Assembly (NCBI RefSeq): GCF_009914755.1
Contig: NC_060932.1
Origin: the human T2T-CHM13v2.0 reference genome, Homo sapiens
Length of the DNA: 64,000 bases
Strand: one strand, 5' to 3'
Shown here: piece by piece, positions 1-15,087 of the stretch
How the letters are laid out: each line of letters begins with the position of its first letter
How positions within the stretch are numbered: position 1 is the stretch's first letter
The notes under the pieces: generated by a model
The model's database searches: none
The model's input: only the letters and a program-made list of their open reading frames with translations
What the model was told of the DNA's origin: nothing
Position numbers and translations under genes: made by a program

Positions 1-264
1 CAACATTTTGAAAATATTTCTCTATTGCTGCCTGCCTTTGGTCTTGTAATTAGTCTGATGTCAAAGTGATTCTTGCTTTTCAGTAGGTGAGCCACTGCTT
101 TTTTCTGGAATCTTTTGGAAATACCTCTTTGGCTTTAATGTTCTGAAGTTTTATAATTTTATTTAGTGCAGGAGAGCTTTATATTTACTCTGCATTTATT
201 TTTAATCTGAAAGTGATATTTTTTGAAATCTGGAAAATCCAGTTATTTCTTCTCAACTGTGTTT

Positions 265-331
<67 letters not shown>

Positions 332-700
332 TTTTTTCTTCCCCTGGCATTTCAATATATGCATATTTTTTGTTAATACTTTCTTGGTGCCTTCTAGGAA
401 GAGTTCTTTAATATGATCTTAAAATGATTATGTCTCCATTCATGCTATTAACTGAATTATTTCCATTGTATTTCTCATGCGTAATACGTGCAGATGATTC
501 TTCATGACTTCTTCCTCCTTCAGTGTTGAAAGTGTCCTCTTTTATGTTCCTCTTTCATGTTTTGAACAACCTCTCTTGTCTCACTGATGATAGGTATTTT
601 AAATTCTTGCTCTGTTCTGACGCTTTCTGTTGGTTTCATTTGTCCAGGTTGCCTTCTTTCTTATAACTGCCATGAAGATGTCTTGTGATTGTTTCTAGCA
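1..700 (-). mobile_element. Highly decayed old L1M fragment(s)
   Basis: T-rich sequence resembling antisense L1M; boundaries approximate. Confidence 0.4.
265..329. repeat. (TA)n microsatellite, about 32 units, one interruption
   Basis: Seen directly. Confidence 0.99.
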
Positions 701-1096
701 AACTCACAGTCTCCTGGGGAAGTTTGATCTTCTTGGTTCATGAAGCAAACCCCAGGAAAGGAGTTAGAGATCAGGTCCCAGCGTGTGTGCTCTCCAGAGG
801 AGAAACACTTTAGCTCTGTTGCTTGTCTCTCTCTTTGCCCTGGCTGTGCCTTTTCAGGAGCTGTAATCCTGTAGGTACTGAGATGTGGGTGGTTGGGTGT
901 TGGGGGAATCCTGAGTGGTTAGCTGCAGTCCTTTCTGGAGAGGCTGATGCACCACCCTGATTTTTCACTCTCCCTTTATTGCTGGGCTGGGACTCCACAC
1001 TGCTGCTGTATTTGATGTTACATATGAGGTTCTGCCTGCAGCAATGAAGACACTAGCCCTGGAGAGATAAAAGGCACATTAAAAAAAAATTTCCAT

Positions 1097-1306
1097 CCAG
1101 TCTGGGCAACATGGTGAAACCTCGTCTCAATTACAAAAAATTAGCACGTGTGGTGGCATTTGCCTATGGTCCCAGCTAATCAGGAGGCTGAGGGGGTAGG
1201 ATCGCTTGAGCTCGGGACGTTGAGGCTGCAATGAGCTGTCATTGCACCACTGCACTCCAGTCTGGGCAACAGGTGAGACCCTGTCTCAAAAAAACAAAAA
1301 ACACAC
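1097..1306 (+). mobile_element. 5'-truncated Alu, AluJ-like
   Basis: ccagtctgggcaacatggtgaaac...gaggctgcaatgagc...gagaccctgtctc plus A tail; J-type diagnostics. Confidence 0.9.
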
Positions 1307-1564
1307 AAACTTTCCCTCGTCCTACCTGTGCTATGCAGCCCGCTTTTCATGTTGACTTTTATACTTGTCATGCCGGTTCATGCTGACTCACAGCCTCACC
1401 AGGACCCCAATCGCACACTGTTGCTCTGGAGTTGCTAGCATTTTATTTGTTTGTTTAACCACTCTGATTCACTAATTTCTCCCTAGCTTCTATGGGACAT
1501 GTATTCATAAGAGGAGGCCAACAACATTTGTTAGTGCTGCTATCCTGTCTGTTATGAATTTTAT

Positions 1565-1732
1565 TTTTTATTATTTTAATTTTAGAGATGAGGGTTCTTG
1601 CTCTGTTGCCCAGGCTAGAGTGCAGTGACCTCATCATAGCTCACTGCTCGCTATAGCCTCAAACCCCTGGACTCAAGGGATCCTCTCAACTCAGCTTCCT
1701 GAGTAGCTGAGATTAAGCCATTGTACTCTGCT
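1565..1732 (-). mobile_element. Alu monomer (FLAM/FRAM or AluJ arm) with 15-bp TSD
   Basis: Single Alu arm; TSD tgttatgaattttat at about 1550-1564 and 1733-1747. Confidence 0.88.
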
Positions 1733-1747
1733 TGTTATGAATTTTAT

Positions 1748-2960
<1,213 letters not shown>

Positions 2961-3199
2961 TCACTTAGGATTTTTTGGTCATTATATATTCATAATATAT
3001 GTGATGTATATATTATAATTCATGGTTCATGAATACTATATATATAAAATACTATATATATCTGGATAGATATATGTTGACAGATAGAGACATGGCCCTT
3101 AATATATAATATCCAATGAAGATTTAAGAACTTAACTAAATTATTACCAAAAACATGCATTCTTTTCTGGACTCCTTTCTAATCGCATTTGCGTGTCTC

Positions 3200-3778
3200 C
3201 CTGCTTCTGAGGAATCATCTCTAACTTGAATCTTGTTTAGCATTCTCCTGCTTTAAAAAGTATTTTATTGCATATACATATGTATGTCTCTATAATACAT
3301 GAATCAGTCTTGCTTGATTTTGAACTATCTAAAAGGAGTATCTTACTATATGTAATTCTCTGTGATTTTCTTTTTCATGTGACATTTTAAGATTCATCCA
3401 GGTCATTTATGTAGTTTTAATTTTTCATTTTCATTTCTCTGAAATATTCCATTGTGAGAATATACCCATTTAACTTTTCCCTGTCAATTTTTTTCCCCCT
3501 GACATTTAGGCTATTTCTAGTTTTTTGATATTATGAATAGTGCTGCTATGACATTTTTGTACTTATCTCTTGAGACACACATACTAAAGTTTTTCTTGGA
3601 TATGTGTCTGGGAGTAGAATTACTGAGTTGTGGGGTATAAGAACTTTGTTTTATACGATAATGCTGTATTGTTTTATAAAATGACTATCAGTTTGCACTC
3701 TCAGCAGTTACACATGGGGATCCTACTGACACATATTTTTGCCAAAACAGTATGTTTGGCAAAAAATGTCTTCAATTT
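3200..3778 (-). mobile_element. Old L1M 3' region, host of the L1PB1 insertion (resumes about 10250-10660)
   Basis: Antisense L1M 3' motifs continue on both sides of the L1PB1 TSD. Confidence 0.65.
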
Positions 3779-5178
3779 GATCGTCATGGCCAATGGGAGT
3801 CAGGGCTAGATTGCAGCTCCAGACACAGCAGCTTGCGGAAGCTCGCATTGTGAATTTTAGCTCCAGATCAACTGGCAAGAACAAACCAGCAAACCCGAGA
3901 GGACCCACAGACCGTCCGAAGGAAACAGACTGCTCCTGCGGGACCCAGGAGACACCCTGAATACTGTGAGAGCCCCAACTGTGGAGGTGGAAAAGGGAGA
4001 CCCTCCTCTCCCCAACACACACACCCACAGGAGAAGCTAAATGTCCATTTGCAGGAGAAGTTTCTGACTACCTGGAGCTGAGTCAATTTAGAGAACTGAA
4101 CAAAATACAGGTGTTGACGAAGCATCAGAAAGGCCCTGGGAGCTCACTGTGTCCCCTAGCAGGCCATTCCTGCTGGCACCACAGGGATCCATAGGGAGGA
4201 TGATGAGAGGAGCAGGGGGTGAAACTCCACCAGGAGAAGGAATTCTGTAGCCGAACTTTGTAAGAATTTGAACGGGGTGAGAAGGCCCCTGGCCAGAACC
4301 TGGGTGAGGGCACAAATCCGGTGTGCAGACTCCACAGGTGGGGAAAGAACCAAGCCCTTTTCTTTCTCAGCTGGAGAGGCAGGTAGCCTGGGGCAAGTTT
4401 TCAAGCCTGTCATGCTCTGCACCTGGAAACGGACTTGGGCTCTTGGTGGGGGCACGGTGGGAGTGAGACTGGCCTTTTGGTTTGTGTGGGAGCTGGGTGA
4501 GACTTGTGACTGCCGGCTTTCCCTTGCTTCCCTGACAACATGCATGACTCAGCAGAGGCAGCCATAATCCTCCTAGGAACACAACTCCAGTGACCTGGGA
4601 CTCTCACCCTCATCCCTCACAGCAGCTGCAGCAAGACCCGCCCAAGGAGAGTCTGAGCTCAGACACACCTAGCCCCATCCCTACCTGATGGTCCTTTCCC
4701 TATCCACCCTGGTAGCAGAAGACAAAGGACATATAATCTGGGGAGCTCTAGAGCCCTGCCCACTGCCAGTCCCTCTCTATACTACTACAGCTGATGCTTT
4801 CTGGAAAGTGCCACCTCCTGGCAGGGGGCCAACCAGCACAAAAATAGAACATTAAACCACCAAAGCTAAGAACCCTCATGGAATCCATTGCACACCCCCG
4901 CCACCTCTACCAGAACAGGTGCTGGTATCCACGGCTGAGAGAACAGCTCACATTACAGGACTCTGTAGAGACAACCCCCAGTACTAGCTGGTAGCCAGAT
5001 AGACTCGCTGGGTGGCTAGACTCAGAAGAGAGACAACAATCATAGTAGTTCAGCTCACAGGAAGCCACATCCATAGAAAAAGAGGAAGAGTACTACATCA
5101 AGAGAACACCCTGTGGGTCAAAAGAATCTGAACAACAGCCTTCAGCCCTAGACCTTCCTTCTGACAGAGCCTACCCAA

Positions 5179-6150
5179 ATGAGAGGGAAACACAAAACCA
5201 ACCCTGGTAATAATAACAAAACAAGGCTCTTCAACACCCCCACAAAATCACTCTTTCCCTAGCAATGGATCCAAACCAAGAAGAAATCCCTGATTTACCC
5301 GAAAAAGAATTCAGAAGGTTAGTTACTAAGCTAATCAGGGAGGGACCAGAGAAAGGTGAAGCCTAATGCAAGGAAATCCAAAAAATGATACAAGAAGTGA
5401 AGGGAGAAATATTCAAGGAAATAGATAGCTTAAACAATCAAAAATTCAGGAAACTTTGGATATACTTTTAGAAGTGCAAAATGCTCTGGAACGTCTCAGC
5501 AATATAATGGAACAAGTAGAAGAAAGAAATTCAGAGCTCAAAGACAAGGTCTTTGAATTAACCCAGTCCAGCAAAGACAAAAAAGAATAAGAAAATATGA
5601 ACAAAGCCTCCAGGAATTCTGGGATTATGTGAAATGACCAAACTTCAGAATTATCAGCATTCCTGAGGAAGAAGAGAATTCTCAAAGCTTAGAAAACATG
5701 TTCAGGGGAATAATCAAGGAAAACTTCCCTGGCCTTGCTAGAGACCTAGACATCCAAATACAAGAAGCACAAAGAACACCTGGAAAATTCATCACAAAAA
5801 GATCTTTGCCTAGGCACGTTGTCATCAGGTTATCCAAAGTTAAGACAAAGGAAAGAATCTTAAGAGCTCTGTGACAGAAGCATCAGGTAACTTATAAAGG
5901 AAAGCCTAGCAGATTAACAGCAGATTTCTCAGCAGAAACCCTACAAGCTAGAAAGGATTGGAGCCTTATCTTCAGCTTCCTCAAACAAAACAATTATCAG
6001 CCAAGAATTCTGTATCCAGTGAAACTGAGCATCATATATGAAGGAAAGATACAGTCGTTTTCAGACAAACAAATGCTGAGAGAATTCGCCATTACCAAGC
6101 CACCACTATAAGAACTGGTAAAAAGGAGCTTTAAATCTTGAAACAAAACT
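5179..6150 (+). pseudogene. L1 ORF1p remnant (frameshifts and stops)
   Basis: ORF1-like sequence (atggatccaaaccaagaagaaatccc; cagatttctcagcagaaaccctacaagc); no long open frame. Confidence 0.85.
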
Positions 6151-6269
6151 TGGAAACACATCAAAACAGAACTTCTTTAAAGCATAAATCACACAAGACC
6201 TATAAAACAAAAATACATGTTAAAAAGCAAAAACAAAAAAACCAAAGTACACAGGAAACAAAGAGCACG

Positions 6270-9200
6270 ATGAATGCAATGGTATCTCACATTTCAATAC
6301 TAATATTGAATGTAAATAGCCTGAATGCTCCACTTAAAAGATACAGAATCACAGAATGGATCAGTACTCACCTACCCTCTGCTGCCTTCAGGAGACTCAC
6401 TTAACACATAAGGATTCATATACTTAAAGGGGTGGAAAAAGGCATTTCATGCAAATGCACTAAAAGCAAGCAGGGGTAGCTATTCTTATATCAGATAAAA
6501 TGAATTTTAAAATAACAGCAGTTAAAAGACAAAGAGGGACATTATATAATGATAAAAGGCCTTGTCCAACAGGAAAATATCACAATCCTAAACATATATG
6601 CACCGGACACTGGAGTTCCCAAATTTATAAAACAATTACTAATAGACCTAAGAAAGGAGATAGACAGCAACACAGTAATAGTGGGGGACTTCAATACTCC
6701 ACTGACAGCACTAGACAGATCATCAAGACAGAAAGTCAACAAAGAAACAATGGATGTAAACTATACTTTGGAACAAATGGACTTAACAGATATATACAGA
6801 ACATTTAATCCAACAACAGCATAATACACATTCTATTCAACAGTGCATGGAAATTTCTCCAAGATAGACCATATGATAGGCCATAAAACGTGCCTCAATA
6901 AATTTAAGAAAATTGCAATTATATCAAGCACTATCTTTGACCACAGTGGAATAAAACTGGAAATCAACTCCAAAAGAAACCTTCAGAACCATGCAAATAC
7001 ATGGTAATTAAATAACCTACTCTTGAATGAGCATTGGGTCAAAAATGAAATCAAGATGGAAATTTAAAAGTTCTTTGAACTGAATACAATAATGACACAA
7101 CCTTTCAAAACCTCTGGATACAGCAAAGGCAATGTTAAGAGGAAAGTTCATAGCCCTAAGCACCTACATCAAAAAGATAAAGAGTACAAACTGGTATTCT
7201 AAGGTCACACCTTAAGGAACTAGAGAAACACAGGAACAAAGCAAACCCAAATCCAGCAGAAGAAAGGAAATTACCAAGATCAGAGCAGAACTAAATGAAA
7301 TTGAAACAAAAAATACAAAAGATAAATGAAACAAAAAGCTGGTTCTTTGAAAAGATAAATAAAACTGATAGACCATTAGCAAGGTTAACCAAGAAAAGAA
7401 AAGAGAACATCCAAATAACCTCACTAAGAAACGAAACAGGATATATTACAACTGACACCACTGAAATATAAAATACCATTCAAGGCTACTATGAACACCT
7501 TTATCCACATAAACTAGAAAACCTAGAAGAGATGGATAAATTCCTGGAAAAATACAACCATCCTAGCTTAAATCAGAAAGAATTAGATACCCTGAACAGA
7601 CCAATAACAGGCAGGGAGATTGAAATGGCAATTTAAAAATTACCAACAAAAAGTCCAAGATCAGGCAGATTCACAGCAGAATTCTACCAGACGTTCAAAG
7701 ATGAATCGGTACAAATCCTTTTGACACTATTCCACAAGATAGAGCAAGAAGGAACCCTCCCTAATCTATTTTATGAAGTCAGCATGACCTGATTACCAAA
7801 ACCAGGAAAGGACATAACCAAAAGAAAAACTAAAGACTGATATCCTTGATGAACATTGATGCTAAAATCCTTAACAAAATATTAGCTAACCGAATCCAAC
7901 AACATGTCAAAAAGATAATCCACTATGATCAAGTGGGTTTCATACCAGGGATGCAGGTATGGTTTAACATACGTAGCCAATAAATGTGATATACCACATC
8001 AACAGAATTAAAAAGAAAAATCATATGATGATCTCAATAGGTGCAGAAAAAAGTTTCAACAAAATCCAGCATCTCTTTATGATTAAAACTCTCAGCAAAT
8101 TCAGCATACAAGGGACGTAACCTAATAAAAACCATCGATGACAAACCCACAGCCAACATAATACTTAATGGGGAAAAGTTGAAAGCATTCCTTCTGAGAA
8201 CTGGAACAAGACAAGGATGCCTACTCTCACCACTCCTCTTCAACATAGTACTGGAAGTCATAGTCAGAGTAATCAGACAAGAGAAAGAAATAAAGGGCAT
8301 CCAAATTGGGAAAGAAGAAGTCAAACTGTCACTGTTTGCTCATATGTTCGTTTGTTTGCTAATATGTTCATTTATTTTGAAAACCCTAAGGACTCCTCCA
8401 GAAAGCTCCTAGAACTGGAAAATAATTTAGCAAAGTTTCCAGATACAAGATTAATGTACACAAATTGGTAGCTCTTCTATACACCAACAGCGATCAAGTG
8501 GAGAATCAATTCAAGAACTCAACCCCTTTCACAAGCTGAAAAAAAAAAACTTAGGATAGAAACAATATTGTGAAAATGACCATACTGCCAAAAACATCTA
8601 CAAATTCAGTGCAATCTCCATCAAAATACCACCATCACTCTTCACAGAATTAGAAAAAATAATTTTAAAAATCATATGGAACCAGAAAGACCTGCATAGC
8701 CAAAGTAAGACTAAGCAAAAAGAATAAATCTGGAGGCATCACACTACCTGATTTCAAGCTATACTATAAGGCTATAGTCATCAAAACAGTATGGCACTAG
8801 TATAAAAATAGGCACATAGACCAATGGAACAGAATAGAGAACCCAGAAATAAACCCAAATACTTACAGCCAACTGATCTTTGACTAAGCAAACAAAAACA
8901 TAAAGTGGGGAAAGGATATCCGTTTCAACAAATGGTGCTGGGATAATTGGCTAGCAACATGTAGGAGACTTAAACTGGATCCTCATCTCCCACTTTGTAT
9001 AAAAATCAACGCATGATTAAGGACTTAAACCTAAGACCTGAAACCATAAAAATTCTAGAAGATAACACTGGAAAAACCCTTCTAGACATTGGCTTAGGCA
9101 AGGATTTCATGACCAGGAACCCAAAAGCAAGTGCATTAAAAACAAAGATAAATAGCTGGGGCCTAATTAAACTAAAGAGCTTTTGCACAGCAAAAGGAAC

Positions 9201-9779
9201 AGTCAGCAGAGTAAACAGACAACCCACAGAGTGGGAGAAAATCTTCACAATGTATACATCGGACAAAGGACTAATATCCAGAATCTACAACTATCTCTAA
9301 CAAATCAGTAAGAAAAAAGCCAAACAATCCCATCAAAAAGTGGGCTAAGGACATGAATAGACAGTTCTCAAAAGAATATATACAAATGGCCAACAAATAT
9401 ATGAAAAAATGCTCAACATCACTAGTGATCAGGGAAATGCAAATCAAAACCACAATGTGATACCACCTTATTCCTGCAAGAATGGCCATAATCAAAAAAT
9501 CAAAAAACAGTCAATATTGGTGTGGATGTGGTGAACAGGGAACACTTCTACACTGCTGGTGGGAATGTACAGCCACCAGTGGAGATTCTTTAAAGAACTA
9601 AAAGTAGAACTACCATTTGATCCAGCAATCCCACTACTGGGTATCTACCCAGAGATGAATAAATCATTATTCAAAAAATATACTTGCACATGCATGTTTA
9701 AAGTGGCACAATTCACAATAGCAAAATTGTGGAACTAACCCAAATGCCCATCAATCAACAAGTGGATAAACTGTGATTG

Positions 9780-9821
<42 letters not shown>

Positions 9822-9964
9822 TGGAATACTATGCAGCCATAAAAAAGAATGAATTAACAGCATTTGCAGTGACCTGGATGAGATTGGAGACTATTATTTT
9901 AAGTGAAGTAACTCAGGAATGGAAAACCAAACATCGTATGTTCTCAGTGATATGTGGGAGCTAA
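6270..9964 (+). pseudogene. L1 ORF2p (endonuclease-RT) remnant, disrupted
   Basis: Fragments translate as [46 protein letters not shown] and MEYYAAIKKNE; many stops; deletion near 8550. Confidence 0.93.
9782..9819. repeat. (CA)19 microsatellite inside the L1PB1
   Basis: Seen directly. Confidence 0.98.
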
Positions 9965-10659
9965 GCTATGAGGATGCAAAGGCATAAGAATGATACAAAG
10001 GACTTTGGACACTTGGGGGGAAAAGTTGGGGGGGTGGTGAGGGATAAAAGACTACAAATATGGTGCAGTGTATACTGCTCAGTTCATGGGTGCACTAAAA
10101 TCTCACAAATCACCTCTAAAGAACTTACTCATGTAACCAAATACCACCTGTACCTCAGTAACTTATGGAAAAATAATAAATAAAAATAAAAATAAAATGC
10201 AGGGATAGAGTGCCCACTGATAGCCAGACCTAAAAAAAGTCTTCAATTTTTATAAATCAAATTAGCAAAAAAATGACATCTCCGTTTGTTGATTTGAATT
10301 TCCCTGATTACTAGTGCAGTTGGACATATCTTCACTTTATTAGCCATATGGTATATAATTCAGAAAATCTTTTTTCCATAACTAGATTGTTTCTTATTAT
10401 TGTATAGAAATTTAAGAATATATTTTCAATTTGAACAGTTTCTTCATTATATGCATATTTTGATTATTTACTTTTTTAAAGTGTCTTTTTGAGCAGAAGT
10501 TTAAAAACTCTTAATGCAGTTGAATCTGTCAACATTTTCTTTTTGAGGTTAGTGCTTTTAGTGTATTAAGAAATTTTTCCCTACTACAAGGCCAGAAAGA
10601 CATTTACCTATACTTTTTTTTCTAAAAGTTTTAAAGGTCTACTTTTCAAAAAATCTGTA

Positions 10660-11630
10660 ATTGAGTCCAACTCTTTGGTGAAACATTTAATCTTCTATTT
10701 TCTCTACCTTTTCTTTATTGTCTTTAGCATCATAATCATATTTAAGATCCTTGTGTACTAACACTAACGTCTGTATCCCCTGTAGGTATGTTTCTATTAT
10801 CTATTTTTTCTCTTATTACTAGTCATCCTGTTTCTTGGCATACCCAGTAACTTTTTAAATAGAATACTAGACTGTATGGGTACACATATACACATACACA
10901 CACAGTAGAGGTTCCATGTAATGTTAACTTCATCCTGAAAGAGTTCGTCTTTCCTCTGCTAGACAGAGTGGGAACTGATCAACTAATCACATTAGGAAAC
11001 AAACTGATTCAAGGCCAGTTGCGATTTTGGTATGGTGAAGTCTGTGTCTGGTTTACTTGGCTCCTAGATAGATCCTAAACTCTAATCCTTGTGTTGTAGC
11101 ATGGTATGACTCCGGACAACTTTTCCCTGTTTTTTGTGTTGTTTTGTTTTCTTCTGTAGGCTTCCAGCTTAATTTTTTAACCTTCTGAGTCACAGCTTTA
11201 GATTTTCAGCCAATGTACTGAGCTCTATATATTGGCTCTGTGTCCAGCTCGGTATTCTTGCCCACTCTTTCTCAGTCATCTCACCAGCCCCTCTCCCCAC
11301 GCAAATGTCTCTGTTGGTTTTTCTGTCCCCCAGCAGCAGCCTTCCCTCTGGGAGGCAAATTCCAGATTATCAGCCTCTTTCCCTATGCTCAGAATCAGTA
11401 ATGACCCCAGGAAAAACAAAAACAAATGCAATTTATTGGTTGAAATCTCTGAGCTGTCCTCCTTTTTAGAATATTCTCCTCTCCCCAGTTTTGGTTGTTT
11501 TGTCAGCTCTCCAATGCCTTGAAACTAATTCTTTTATTTTGCTTTGTTTTATTTAACTTTTCCAGTTGTTTTGGGCTAGAGAGTGGTCTGCTGCAAACTA
11601 CTTAAGCATAACCAGAAGCAAAAATCCATA
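10660..11630 (-). mobile_element. Old L1M 5'-region fragment
   Basis: Resembles the antisense L1M 5' end (…gcataaccagaagcaaaaatcc). Confidence 0.4.
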
Positions 11631-11749
11631 TTGTTTTAAAAATGAGTTCTGGGGAGCCCTTGCTAAGGAACAGAAGAGAAGCTGCTGGAAGATTCATCCT
11701 CTGGGGTCTCTGGGTTGATGTTTTACCTCAATGCATCTAGGACTCAGAA

Positions 11750-11915
11750 TAGCTGGTTGCAACTATGACTCTTCATTAACCTGCTGAATAACATAGACCA
11801 GCCATCCAACTTTCCCCACTTAAGAAATGAGGACATTATCTAGTCTTCTCACTTGACAGAACTGTCGTGAGAAAAGATTATTTATGTAAGTGTTTTGGAA
11901 AGGTAAAGATGATAT
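11750..11915 (+). mobile_element. MIR fragment
   Basis: Degenerate MIR core and 3' half. Confidence 0.5.
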
Positions 11916-11974
11916 ACCTGTTGAATGCAGTCAGGTAGTTCTCTGTGATCAGATAGGTGTTTGTGTCTCTAGCT

Positions 11975-12110
11975 GTTCATTGGATGAATGTCTTTCTCCC
12001 CCAACTAGACTGTAAACACTTTAAGGATGGGGCCTATGTCCTCTACTTCCATTTTGTTTCCTACAGTTTCACATTGCATGTCATTCACAAAATAGGCATC
12101 ATTTAAATAC
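11975..12110 (+). mobile_element. L2 3' end
   Basis: actagactgtaaacactttaaggatggggcctatgtc resembles the L2 3' consensus. Confidence 0.65.
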
Positions 12111-12167
12111 CCTACAGAAAAAAATTGAACCTTTTTCTGTGTCTGTCCATACGTGCAGGCTATCAGA

Positions 12168-12497
12168 TATATGATCTAAGTGTTTGTGTCGCCCCCAGAT
12201 TAATATGCTGAAAGCCTAACCCACATGGTGATGGTATTAGGAGGTGGGGCCTTTGAAAGGTGATTAATGAGAACAGAGACAGCATGATTCAGATTGGTGC
12301 TCTTGTAAAAGAGGCCCCAGAGAGCTAGTGAGCCTTTTCCACCGTGGAGGACCCAGCAAGAGGGCTCCATCTATGAACCAGAAATCAGGATCTCACCAGG
12401 TTTCCCAGCCTGAAGAACTGGAAGAAATAAACTTCTGTTGTTTATAAGCTACCCAGTTTATGGTATTTTGTTGTAGCAACCCGAATGGATTAAGACA
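12168..12497 (+). mobile_element. MLT1A0-like solo LTR (ERVL-MaLR)
   Basis: ggtgatggtattaggaggtggggcctttg...aataaacttctgttgtttataagc...gaatggattaagaca. Confidence 0.9.
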
Positions 12498-12589
12498 AGC
12501 CTCATTTTTATTTTCAGTCTATGTTGGTAAATCCCAGCTTAGGGATTTGCCGTTTGAGGGACAAGTTTTGATCATCAGCTCTTCCTCTT

Positions 12590-15087
12590 TTATTTTTAAC
12601 TTTTTTCTTTTATTATTTTTAATTGACACATAATTGTGCATATTTATGGGGTACATCTTGATACATGTATACAATGTGTAGTGATCAAATCAGAGTAATT
12701 AGCATATCCATCATCTCAAACATTTTTCACTTCTTTGGGAATATTCAAAATCATCTAGCTATCTGAAAATATACAATAAGTTGTTGTTTATAGTCACCCT
12801 ACAGTGCTGCAGAACACTAGAACTTGTACCTCCTATCTAGCTGTAGTTGTGCATCCATTAACCAACTTCTCCCTATTTTCTCCTTCCCTCTAGTAACCAT
12901 ATTTCTACTTTGTGCTTCTATGAGATCAGCTGTTTTAGCTTCCACATAAGGGTAAGAACAAGCAGTATTTATTTTTCTGTCCCTGGCTTATTTCACTGAA
13001 CATAATGTTCTCCAAGCTCATCCATGTTGCTGTAAATACCAGGATTTCATTCTCTTTATGGCTGAATAGTATTCCATTGTGTATATAGGCCACATTTTCT
13101 TTATCCATTTATTTCTTAATGGGCACTTAGTTTGGTTCCATATCTTGGTTATTGCATATAGTGCTGCAATAAACATGGAGGTGTGGATAATCTCTTCAAC
13201 ATACTGATTTCCCTTCCTTGGGTATAGCTAGATCATAAGGTAGTTCTATTTTTAGTTTTTTGAGGGACCACAATACTGCTTTCCACCATGGCTGTACTAA
13301 TTTGCATCCCTATTAACAGTGTATAAGAATTCCCCTTTCTCCATATCTTTGCTAGCCTTTTTTTGTCTTTTTGATAATAGCCTTTCTAATGGGTGAAATG
13401 ATATCTTGTGGTTTTGATTTGCATTTCCCTGATGATTAGTGATGTTGAGCATTTTTTCATGTACTGGTTGGCCAGTTGTATATTTTTTTTTCTGAGAGAT
13501 GTGTATTTAGTTCATTTGCCCATTTTAAAATCAGATTATTATGATTATTTTTTGCTGTTAAGTTCCCTGTATATTCTGGATACTAATTCCTTGTTGGATG
13601 AATGGTTTGCACATATGTTCTCCCATTCTTTAGGTTGTCTCTTCACTCTGTTGATTGCTTCATTTGCCATGGAGGAGCCTTTTAGTTTGATATAATCCCA
13701 TTTGTCTATTTTTGCTTTTGTTGCAGGTGCTTTTGCAGGCCTATCCATAAAATCTTTGCCTGTTCCAATGTCCTGAAGCATTTCTGCTATGATTTCTTCT
13801 AACAGTTTCATAGTTTGGGATCTTATATTTAAGTCTAATTCATTTTACTTTTTTTTATATATAGCGAGAGATAGGGTTTAGTTTCATTCTTCCGTGTATG
13901 GATATTGTATTAGTCTGTTCTCATGCTGCTAATAAAGACACATCCAAGACAGGATAATTTATAAATGAAAGAGGTTTAATTGACTCTCAGTTCAGCATGG
14001 CTGGTTAGGCGTCAGGAAACTTACAGTCATGGTGGAAGGTAAAGCAAAGACATCCTTCATCACATGGTGACAGCAAGGAGAAGTACAGAGCAAAGGGGCA
14101 AAGCCCCTTATAAAGCCATCAGATCTCATGAGAACTCACTCACTATCATGAGAATGGCATGAAGTAACCTCCCCCATGATTCAGTTACCTCCCATTAGGT
14201 CCCTCCCACAACCTTTGGGAATGATGGGAACTACAGTTCAAGATGAGACATAGGTGGGGACACAGCCAAACCATATCAGATAAGCAGTTTCCCCATCACC
14301 ATTCATTGAATAGACTGTCTTTTCCCCAGTAAATGTTCTTAAGATCTTTGTCAAAAATCAGTAGGCTGTAACTGTGTGGATTTATTTCTGGGTCCTCTGT
14401 TCTGGTCCATTGGTCTACATGACTGTTTTTATGCCAGTACTATGCTGTTTGGGTTACTATAATTTTGTAGTATATTTTCAGTCAGACAGTGTGATGCCTC
14501 CAGTTTTGTTCTCTTTGCTCAGGATTGCTTTAGCTATTTGAGGTCTTTTGTGGTTCCGTATGAATTTTAGGATTGTTTTTCTATTCCTGTGAAGAATGTC
14601 GTTGATCTTTTGATAGCGATTGCATTGAATATGCAGATTGCTTTTGGTAGTATGCTCATTTTCACAATATCATTCTACCAGTTCATGAACATGGAAGGTC
14701 TTTTCATTTTTTTTGTCCTCTTTATTTCATCAGTGTTTTATAGTTTTCATTGATGAGATCTTTTACCTCCATGATTACATTTATTTTTAGGTATTTTATT
14801 TTATTTTATTTTTGTTGCTATTACAACTGTGGTTACTTTCTTGACTTCTTTTTCAGCTAGTTTATTGATAGTCTATAAAAAACGCTATAGATTTTTATGT
14901 GTTGATTTTGTATCCTGCAGCTTTACTGATTTTTAAAAATCAGTTCTAAAAGTTTGATGGCACTCTTAGGGTTTTCTATGTGTAAGATCGTGTCATCTGC
15001 AAATAGGGACAATTTGACTTCTTCTGTTCCAATTTGGATGCCCTTTAGTTTTTTCTTTTGCCTAATTACTCTGGCTTAAGACTTCCA
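12590..15087 (-). mobile_element. L1MA5-like 3' portion, split by THE1
   Basis: L1MA 3'UTR (ttaattgacacataattgtgcatatttatggggtac); ORF2 C-terminal peptide KIDKWDYIKLK. Confidence 0.88.
13906..14278 (-). mobile_element. THE1 (C/D-like) solo LTR nested in L1MA
   Basis: tgtattagtctgttctc...cagccaaaccatatca; 5-bp TSD gatat/gataa. Confidence 0.92.

Larger units (their letters stand above)
3779..10197 (+). mobile_element. Full-length LINE-1, L1PB1-like (L1PBa-type 5'UTR), inactive
   Basis: 5'UTR (ctagattgcagctcc), ORF1 and ORF2 remnants, L1PB1 3' end (gagctaagctatgaggatgcaaaggcataagaatg), A-rich tail; 18-bp TSD aaaaaa(t/a)gtcttcaattt at 3761-3778 and 10232-10249. Confidence 0.95.

Noticed and set aside
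213-416. YI-repeat ORFs
   Set aside because: Translation of the (TA)n microsatellite.
4156-4545. 129-aa antisense ORF in the L1 5'UTR (ORF0-like?)
   Set aside because: No resemblance to L1PA ORF0, and this is a different (L1PB) 5'UTR type.
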